DNA of 32,000 nt from assembly GCF_000008305.1 (NCBI RefSeq), contig NC_006055.1:330001-362000 (forward strand), given 5' to 3'. The position numbers and the translations under genes are program-made. A model generated the notes under the pieces. The model was not told where the DNA came from, did not search any database, and was given only the letters and a program-made list of their open reading frames with translations. Source of the DNA: Mesoplasma florum L1 (GTDB lineage Bacteria > Bacillota_I > Bacilli_A > Mycoplasmatales > Mycoplasmataceae). This document shows positions 20,245-32,000 of this stretch, in pieces. Position 1 is the first letter of the stretch. Each line of letters starts with the position of its first letter.

Positions 20245-22752
20245 ATGAAAAAAAGAATATTTAATAAATTTCAACCATATTTAAATGAATTTGAAAAAGA
20301 AAAAATAGCATTAGTAGAGGAAAAAATAACAGGTGATAATGAAAGAATAGCTAATGACGTTTCAGTGGATTTAATAATTATATTAGAATCAAAAATGATG
20401 AGCATATTAGAAAAATATGATATTTATTGTCCATTAGATGAAAGAGGAGCTAAAAATCTATTTGATAAAATAAGAAGTTTATATATACGAGAAAAAAAAC
20501 TTGAGTCAGAAAAGTTTACAAATGTTAACATACCTAAAATTATATATTCAACTTTTGAATATATAAGAAATTGAAGAAATAATGATGGTGGTCATGCGTC
20601 TGAATTTGTCATAAACAGAAGTTTTATGGATACAATACATTTACTGAAGTGTTTTGATATAGTTTTATCATTTTTAATTAATTTTTTTGATGATTTAGAC
20701 TTTGAAATAAATGAGTTTGATGAAAAAGGTTTACTTTCTTCATGAAATAAAAGGGGTCATTTTATAGATGAAATTTTAGAGGAAGATAAAAAATTAGATA
20801 CAACATCTATAAAACTAGGGAAAATAAATTTAAGTTCTTTTGTTTTAAATTCAGAAATAAGTTTTTTTATACCATCGTATCAAAGAAAATATAGATGAGA
20901 ATCAGAAACTTGCTTAGAGCTTATAGAAAATATCATTTCTAAAATTGATCAAATTGATGACGAATATTTTGGAACTATAGCAGTTACTATAGAGGAATCT
21001 AAACATAATGAAAAAATAAGAACAATAAGATTAATAGATGGGCAACAAAGAGTAACTACCTCTTTAATTATATTTAGAGCAATATATGATGTTTGAAATG
21101 ATAAAAAAAATAATTCTTATGAAGAAACAGTAATGGATACACCTTTAGAATTAGAAAAAACTTTCAAAGAAATTGGGTGTGCAGAAAAATATAAAAATGT
21201 TACAGGAGTTAAAGAAGAAAATGAAGCTCTTAATTTTATATTAAATTCTAATGTTAGTTACGTCGAAAGATTAAAAACAATAAATTCTTTTGAGCTACAT
21301 AATAAATCATTAGCAGCTAAAAATTACAATGCTATACACGATAGAATTAAAGAATTGAATCAAGATGAATTACTTTCTTTTTATAATAGATATGCATATA
21401 AGTTTCTAATTTCATGTGTTGATTTTAATAAAACTCCAGCAGAAGAAATGGAAATTTTTGAAACACTTAATTCTAAAGGGACTGAATTAGATTCGTTTGA
21501 TATGATAAAAAACTTTTTATTTAATTTAGTAGATAAAGAAATTTATATAAATAATGAATTAGAAATAACTAGAATATTTAATGATTATATTTCTTTTAAT
21601 GATATGAAGTTAGATGAAGCTAAAACGAGAAAGGTACAAGAAAACTTTTTATTTGGTTTTTGTGAATATAAGATGTTAAATTTTAAAGCATCAGATAATA
21701 CTTTGAGCAAAAATAAAAAATCAATTTTAAAGCATTTTAAAAAAATTTATGAAGGTAAACAAAACTTATCTTTAGAAGAGTATAAAAAAATAGTATCAGA
21801 GATAGGTAAATATGTTTTTATAACTAAATCATTTATATCAAAAAGTTATGAAAATGACACAAATGATATTTTATACCCAATAAGATATAATGTTTCAAAT
21901 ATATCGCATAAAGAAGTTTCGATTTTTATTTTGTATTATTTTATTGACTTATATGCTAAAAATAATTGAGATTCTTATAATAAAACATTAAATTATTCAG
22001 AAAAAGTGAATTTAATGAAAGATACTTTATTTGAATTTGAAAGATGATTGATAGCTCTACTTCAAGTTTATGGAACTGGACAATCTTTAACAAAACCAAT
22101 ATTGAGATTATTTAGATTTTTAAATACATTCGACATTGATAATCATTCTGTACAAAGTGAAATACCAAATATGATTAGAAAATGATTAAATTTAGAAGCA
22201 ACTGATGCGTTTGCATTTTTAAATAATGACCAAAGAAGATTATTATTAGAAAACAATGAATTGAAAATGCCTAATAAAGATTTATTTTTTGAAAACTTAA
22301 TAAACAAAAAAGTTCAAGATAAAAATGTGGCAATGGTAATTTTAAAAAGATTGGAAAGTTTTTTAATCAATAATTGAGAAATTAAAAGAGATAAAAACTC
22401 TCTTGAACATATAATGCCTAGAACTATAAAAAAAACAAAATGAATTGAATACTTAAAGGAAAATGAAAGTTTGACTGAAAAAGATATTTTAGAAAAACAT
22501 TCAGTTTATTTAGATAAATTGGGTAATTATATGATATTAGACAAAAGTAAAGAAAATTCAAAGATTTCTAATAATGATTTTGAAGAAAAAAGGAAGCAAT
22601 ATATACTTTGAAGTAATCCATTAGCTGAATTAATATTTGATTATAATGAAAAGAAAAATTTAAATAATATCAATAAGTTTGGTTTTGATGAGATTCAAGA
22701 AAGAACCGTTGCATTAGCTAAAATAATTTCTGAAAATATTTATTATAAATAA
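20245..22752 (+). CDS. DUF262 + DUF1524 (GmrSD-type) protein with extra N-terminal, possibly HEPN-like, domain
   Basis: One frame from ATG 20245 to TAA 22750-22752 (835 aa). DUF262: FFIPSYQRKYRW, IRLIDGQQRVTTSLIIF. C-terminal DUF1524/HNH-like: NSLEHIMPRTI...LDKLGNYMILDKSKENSKISNNDFEEKRKQY. N-terminal ~180 aa includes YIRNWRNNDGGHAS (R-x5-H). Confidence 0.85.
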
Positions 22753-22765
22753 TAGGAGTAGAAAA

Positions 22766-23392
22766 ATGTCAAAAAATGTAACTTTAATACTTATAGCTGG
22801 TGGAACAGCATCAGGAAAAACAACTGTTGCTGATAGAATAGCTAATGAAATTTTAAAAGGTAAATCGGTAACTCATATTTCAATGGATAATTATTATAAA
22901 GATTTTGGTGAATTGACTTTAGAAGAAAGAAGGAAAATAAACTTTGATCATCCAAATAGTGTGGATACTGAACTACTTTTAAATGACTTGCAAGCTTTAA
23001 AAGACTATCAACCAATCAAGGTGCCGGTTTATGATTTTAAAACTTCTTCAAGAACCAAAGAAACAATTACAGTTAAACCTAGTGATGTTGTAATACTTGA
23101 TGGAATTTTTGCACTAGCTATTAAAGAGATTAGAAAACTTGGAGATATCAAAATTTTTATAAAAACAGCTAATGATTTAAGGTTTATTAGACGTTTACAA
23201 AGAGATGTAAATGAAAGAGGGAGAACTTTAGAAAGTGTTGTTGAACAATACTTAAATGAAGTTAAACCAATGCATGATGCATTTATTGGGCCAAGTATTG
23301 AATACGCTGATTTAATAATTCCTTATAAAGAGGGGAATGAAGTTGCAGTTGATTTAGTAGCAACTAAAATATTAACATTGTTAACAGAGTAA
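22766..23392 (+). CDS. udk: uridine kinase
   Basis: 208 aa; LIAGGTASGKTTVADRIA, SMDNYYKDF, NFDHPNSVDTELL, PVYDFKT, DVNERGRTLESVVEQY. Confidence 0.95.
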   Translation: MSKNVTLILIAGGTASGKTTVADRIANEILKGKSVTHISMDNYYKDFGELTLEERRKINFDHPNSVDTELLLNDLQALKDYQPIKVPVYDFKTSSRTKETITVKPSDVVILDGIFALAIKEIRKLGDIKIFIKTANDLRFIRRLQRDVNERGRTLESVVEQYLNEVKPMHDAFIGPSIEYADLIIPYKEGNEVAVDLVATKILTLLTE

Positions 23393-23434
23393 AAAAACAT
23401 AGATGTCTTTTTAAATAAGGCCTCTATGTTTTTT
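23392..23434. terminator. bidirectional terminator between udk and the convergent endonuclease gene
   Basis: Perfect 12-bp inverted repeat AAAAAACATAGA (23392-23403)/TCTATGTTTTTT (23423-23434), A/T tracts on both sides. Confidence 0.75.
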
Positions 23435-24769
23435 GATTAAAAATGAAATTGTTTTGCGATTTAATCAAAATGCTTGAAATGTTAAATTAGAATTTTCATA
23501 TTTATTTTTGGCATTTGAATTTTTTGCTTTAGGTCTTAAATGAAAATCTTTGTCTTCTTTTTGTTTAGTTAGAATAAAATCTTCTTTTTTACCTTTATTT
23601 ATTGTTTCAAAAGAAAGTTTTGTTTGCTTTCAAATGTTCTCTGCATTTTTATAAATTCTTTCATTAATATCTTTTTTTGAAATAATACCATCAAGCAGAA
23701 CGACATCTTTAATGATTTTTTTACTAAAAATATTTTCATCTATTGTAACTATAATATATGGTTTTGTAAGCTCTTGATAAAATAAAGAATCCTCAAATTT
23801 GTTTTCTTTTAATATTTCATCAATTTTAATGTGATGAGACGAAATTGGCATACTTTCCTGTGTTATTTCACCAGATTTACTTAGTCTCATGGTTCTTACT
23901 TTTATTTGATCTTCACTAATTAGTTCTAAAATTGAATCATCATATTCTTCTAACATCTTTTTTAGAATTATTCCGTTTGCTTGTTTTGCAGAAGTATTGA
24001 TATTATTTTTTTTAGCATAATCAGATAAATCTGCGTTTATAAAATTCTTTAAAAAGTTATAAGCTTTTAAACTAGAAGTATTAAAATAAGCATTTATACT
24101 TTCAAAATCACTTCCTGTTAAAATGTAATTTACATATCACTTTTTTAAAGCAAAAGCTCTACTTTTTGCTTTAAAATCACTATTTGGTTGATTTCTTAAA
24201 TCTTTATTTTTACCTTGCCCCTTTGTTGTCGCTTCTAAAATTTTAGTGTCTGAACAAGAAAGCTCATGAGCAATTCCATTTTGTATTTTTTGATAAATTA
24301 TTGAGTAATCATTTTCAATAATTTTTTTTTCATTTTCAGAAATATTTTCATACTTTCATAGTATAGATTTTATGATTTTTAAATTTTTACGATTTTTGTC
24401 CTTGTTGTATTCGTGACCTATTAAAAGTATATTTTTATTTTTATTAAGAACCTTTGAATCAGTAAAATCTTTTTCTATATTATTAAAATCAATCATTGAA
24501 AGAGAAACTCTTTCTTTTGCAATTCACTGTTTTTTCTTGTTTTGTTTTAAACCAGTAACTTTTAATTCTAAATCTAAACCTAACTCTTTAAAATCGCTTT
24601 CAGATCTGTTATTTATGTCAATATTGAAATAATACTTTTGAATTAAATTTCCTATTCTTCCTTTATCTTTAAGTTTATAATCAATTTCATCAAAATTAAT
24701 TATTTCTCCTAATTGTTTATTTTCCGCTTCTTTTGCTCTACGAAATATATCATCTATTGTCTTATTCAT
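23411..24769 (-). CDS. Sau3AI/MutH-family type II restriction endonuclease (likely GATC)
   Basis: Minus-strand frame joining track ORFs 24769-24524 and 23956-23630 via TGA=Trp (452 aa). NRSESDFKELGLDLELKVTGLKQNKKKQWIAKERVSLSMIDF is the MutH/Sau3AI catalytic pattern (D...ExK); C-terminal FHLRPKAKNSNAK...FQAFWLN resembles the Sau3AI C-terminal domain. Confidence 0.85.
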
Positions 24770-24846
24770 ATTATATTTTCTCTTCCTATTTTAGTGTATA
24801 ATTTATTAATGTTATTATAAAATATTTTATGAAAGAGTGTGAAATA

Positions 24847-28015
<3,169 letters not shown>

Positions 28016-28030
28016 AAAGGAGAAATATAC

Positions 28031-30757
28031 ATGGCAAAAAAAATAGATAATTCAAATATTGAATCTGAAAAAGGAATAATTAGTTATGCTTTAGAAGACT
28101 TAATGGGTGAACGATTTGGTAGATATGCTAAATACATTATTCAAGAACGTGCATTACCAGATGCTAGAGATGGTTTAAAACCAGTTCAAAGACGTATTTT
28201 ATATGCAATGAATGAATTAAATCTAACTTATGATAAACCATATAAAAAATCAGCTAGAGTAGTTGGAGAAGTTATTGGTAAGTACCACCCACATGGTGAT
28301 ACATCAATCTATGATGCAATGGTTCGTATGAGTCAATGATGAAAACTAGGAATGCCTTTAATTGACATGCAAGGTAATAATGGTTCTATTGATGGTGATA
28401 ATGCAGCTGCAATGCGTTATACTGAAACTCGTTTAGCTAAAATTAGTGATTTAATGTTAGATGACTTAAATAAAAATACAGTTAAGTTTGCGCCTAACTT
28501 TGATGATAGTGAAAAAGAACCAACTGTTTTACCAAGTTATTTCCCTAACATTTTAGTTAATGGATCAACAGGGATTGCTGCTGGATATGCTACAAATATG
28601 CCTCCACACAACCTTGGTGAAATTATTGATGCAACAATTAAATTAATTAGAACTCCAAACACTAGAATAGACACTATTTTAGAAATTGTTAAAGGACCAG
28701 ATTTTCCAACTGGAGGAACTGTTCAAGGACGTAATGGAATTAAAGATGCATTTACAACTGGTAAAGGTAAAGTTATTGTTAATTCAAAATGACATGAAGA
28801 AGATAATAATATCATTATTGATGAAATCCCATATGAAGTTGTTAAACAAGATTTAGTTAAAAAAATTGGTGATGTTATTGATGCTAATCCCGGTTTAGGG
28901 ATCTTAGAAGTAAGAGATGAAACTGATCGAAATGGATTAAGAATAGCAATTGATTTAAGTGATAAAGCTAATTTAGATACAGTTAGAAAATTCTTATTCA
29001 AATCAACTCCATTAAGTATTTCATATAACTATAACAATGTGGCTATTGTTGATTTACAACCAAAACAATTAGGAATTATTGAATTAATTCATGCATATAT
29101 TGCTCACTATAAAGAAGTATTTACATTTAGAACTCAATTTGATTTAAATAAAGCTGAAAAACGTTTAGAAATCATTTTAGGTTTAATTAAAGCAATGAGT
29201 ATTTTGGATCAAGTTATCTCAGTAATTAGAAGTTCAACAAACAGAAGTGATGCTATTGAAAACTTAATTTCAAAATTTGTATTCTCTCAACCTCAAGCAG
29301 CAGCTATTGTTGATATGAGACTATATCGTTTAACTTCAACTGATGTGGTTAAACTACAAAATGAAAAAGAAGAATTAGATGTAAACATTGCTAAATTAAA
29401 AGCTATTTTAAATAGTGAAGAAGTAATGGATAATGAAATCATTAACCGTTTAAGAGAAGTTAAAAAACAATTCCCAACTCCAAGAAGATCAATTGTTGAA
29501 GATAGTATTGAAAACTTAGATGTTGAGCAAAAAGAAGTATTAGTTGAACATGAATATAACTTATGAATTTCAAAAGATGGATATTTAAAAGCTATTGAAT
29601 CAAAACTAATTAGTAAAAACGATCCTGCTGTATTTGGAAGAAAACCAAATGATATGTGAATTGCAGCTGGTGAAGTAAGTAACTTACAACATTTAATCTT
29701 AGTTACTAACAAAGGAACATATTATTCAATTCCTTTATATAAACTACCAATGAGTAAATGAAGAGACATGGGAGTTCATGTTAACACTATTGCTACAATG
29801 GATCCTAGTGAACATATTGTTAGTGCATTTGTAGTTAAAGATTTTGCTGAAGCTTTACAACAAATCTTAATCACAAGTAAAAATGGAAACATTAAACGTA
29901 TACCAGTTAAAGATTTAGAAACAAAAATCTTTACACGTGCATTTAGAATAATGAAATTAGATGCAGTTGATGAAATTGTTAGTGCTAGTCTAATTACTTC
30001 AAAAACTAGAACTTGTGGAATTATTACAAGAAATGGTTATGGAGTAAGATACCATATTGAAGATATTCCAGTTCAAGGAACTAATTCAAAAGGTGTTAAA
30101 GCAGCTAATCTAAAAGAAGATTACATAGTTGCTGGTTTAGGATTAACAAGTGAAGATACTATTATGTATTTAACTGAAAAAGACGGAGTTAAAAAATTCA
30201 GAAATGAAGATTTACCAATCTATATTAGACCAAAACGTGGAATAAGAGTATTACCAGAACGTAAACGTGGAACAGAATACATTACATTTGCATTTAACTT
30301 TAATGCAAATGAAGAAAACATTATTAAAGCAATTGATACTCAAGATATGTATCAAGAAGTTAACGTTAATAAATATCGTCATATTGAATTAACTAGTGTA
30401 ACTGGTGATTTTGATATTAAAGATGTTGCATTCGCTAGTTTAAGTGAAATTAATAAGGTTAAACCAAACGATATGCCCCCAGGTGCTTTAAATGCTGATG
30501 ATGATGCTGAAGGATATGTGTCTAAAGAAGAAATTAGAGCACGTCAAGAAGCTAACAAAGGTAAAGTGTCAGCTAAAGTAGTGGTAAGCAAAAATATTAA
30601 AGAAGAAAGCGAAAAACGTATTCAATCGTTAACTGGTGGTTTAAGTGATTTACTAGGAGATATTTCTTCAGTTTTAGGAACACCAAGCAAATCAAAACCT
30701 AAAAAAGAAGTTAAAGATGAATTTCAATTAGACTTAAGTGATCTATTAGAGGAATAA
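28031..30757 (+). CDS. parC: DNA topoisomerase IV subunit A
   Basis: Pieces 28031, 28352, 29039 and 29768 are in one frame; [82 protein letters not shown]-terminal beta-pinwheel. Confidence 0.93.
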
Positions 30758-30766
30758 GGAGTTACT

Positions 30767-31525
30767 ATGGAGTCTTTAATTCATAAAATTGAAAAATACA
30801 AGAATCATGATGATTCTAAAATTCAATCAATAATTTCTAAAGTTCTTTACCAAAATTTTTTCAGTGGAAATTTTTTAACAATCAAAGAATTAGCTGAAGA
30901 ATGCAATGTTTCAGAATCAACAATAACAGTTTATTCAAAAAATTTAGGTTATTCAGGATATAGAGAATTATTAATCTTACTTAAAATGGAAAATAATTTT
31001 TATAATAAAACTTTTCAAAGCGAAATTGGAGCAAAAAGTGATAAGCAAAAAATAAATAAGTATAGAGAAATTTTAAATGAATTTTTAAATGAACAAAAAA
31101 AAGAAGATGAAAAAATAATTAAATTAGTTGCTAACATGAAAAAGGCAAATAAAATTGTTATAAATTCTAGTTATCAGTTAGATGATATAGCAAATTATTT
31201 TAAAGATCTATTATCATTAAAGTTTGACAATGTTTTAAAAAATGAATTAAAACTTTTTGCTTATAAAAATGCTCAAAATTTAACTGAGAAAGATTTAGCA
31301 ATATTTTTTGTTTCAGGTCAAGACAATGAAATGATGCAATATATTTTTGCTGTAACAAAAAAAATGACTAAAAATATTTTTATTTTTTCTTCAAGAAGTC
31401 AAATAGAAAAATTTGATATGCAAGAAAATGTAATTATTTTAGATGTTCCTAAATTAGGGAGCGATCATACATATAGAAGAATTATTTTAGATAACTATGT
31501 TTCAATAATTTCGTTATTATTGTAA
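30767..31525 (+). CDS. MurR/RpiR family transcriptional regulator
   Basis: 252 aa; FLTIKELAEECNVSESTITVYSKNLGYSGYRELLILLK (RpiR-type HTH), SIS-like C-terminus, followed by a PTS gene. Confidence 0.8.
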   Translation: MESLIHKIEKYKNHDDSKIQSIISKVLYQNFFSGNFLTIKELAEECNVSESTITVYSKNLGYSGYRELLILLKMENNFYNKTFQSEIGAKSDKQKINKYREILNEFLNEQKKEDEKIIKLVANMKKANKIVINSSYQLDDIANYFKDLLSLKFDNVLKNELKLFAYKNAQNLTEKDLAIFFVSGQDNEMMQYIFAVTKKMTKNIFIFSSRSQIEKFDMQENVIILDVPKLGSDHTYRRIILDNYVSIISLLL

Positions 31526-31558
31526 AAACCACTTTAAAAAAATAAAAGTGGTTTTTTT
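31524..31558 (+). terminator. Rho-independent terminator
   Basis: AAAAACCACTTT ... AAAGTGGTTTTTTT immediately after the regulator stop. Confidence 0.8.
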
Positions 31559-31621
31559 GTTTGCTTTCTTTTAAGTTTTAAAAAGATTAAAAAATAATAT
31601 TTAAGTGAAAGGAAAAAAAGT

Positions 31622-32000
31622 ATGAAAAATAAAAAAATTATCATTTATGCTCCTGTAAATGGAGTTATAGGTAAAATTAAAGACTTAAAAGATGGTGTTT
31701 TTTCAGAAGGAATGCTTGGTGAAGGGGTTTATATAATTCCTGAATCAAAAGAATTTTATTCACCTATTGATAAAGGTGAGTTAAAACTTGTTACAGCTAC
31801 TAAGCACGCTTATTATTTTGAACATGAAAATGGTCCTAATATTCTTATGCATATTAGTTTAGATACTGAAAAACATCAAGGTAAACCCTTTAAAACATTA
31901 TCAAATGTTGGAGATAAGTTGACTTTAGCAACTAAAATTGTTTCAGTTGATTTACAAATGTGTAAAAAACAAGATGTTAATGTTGCAACACCTATATTAA
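31622..32000 (+). CDS. PTS glucose-type EIIA component (3'-truncated by the window edge)
   Basis: IIIYAPVNGVIGKIKDLKDGVFSEGMLGEGVYIIPESKEFYSPIDKGELKLVTATKHAYYFEHENGPNILMHISLDTEKHQGKPF matches the EIIA-Glc fold pattern with the active-site region H(I/A) in ILMHISLDT. Confidence 0.82.
   Translation, partial: MKNKKIIIYAPVNGVIGKIKDLKDGVFSEGMLGEGVYIIPESKEFYSPIDKGELKLVTATKHAYYFEHENGPNILMHISLDTEKHQGKPFKTLSNVGDKLTLATKIVSVDLQMCKKQDVNVATPIL

Overview
AT-rich mollicute chromosome fragment (Mesoplasma/Entomoplasma/Spiroplasma-like) that reads UGA as Trp, so most genes appear as broken pieces in the supplied ORF track. The core genes, nearly all on the + strand, are polC, a nitroreductase, rimP-nusA-ylxR-ylxQ-infB, a J-domain/membrane-protein cluster, rsmE, udk, parE-parC, an RpiR-type regulator and a PTS EIIA (cut by the window edge). 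Defence-like genes are slotted between these core blocks: (a) an AbiH-like gene (5194-6312); (b) a SMC/RecF-type AAA ATPase followed 2 nt later by a PIN-like nuclease (10777-12821), then a DUF2075 nuclease-helicase of Nhi-like architecture (12913-14802); (c) an M.SssI-like C5 methyltransferase closely followed by a DUF262+DUF1524 (GmrSD-type) protein with a possible N-terminal HEPN-like domain (18849-22752), preceded by a probable unannotated ~74-nt small RNA (18699-18772); (d) a divergent Sau3AI/MutH-like endonuclease and C5 methyltransferase pair (23411-26061). Together these genes cover about 11.5 kb. The best candidates for undescribed systems are the ATPase+PIN pair and the methyltransferase+(HEPN?)-DUF262-DUF1524 pair. 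No CRISPR array, transposase, integrase, tRNA or rRNA was recognised.
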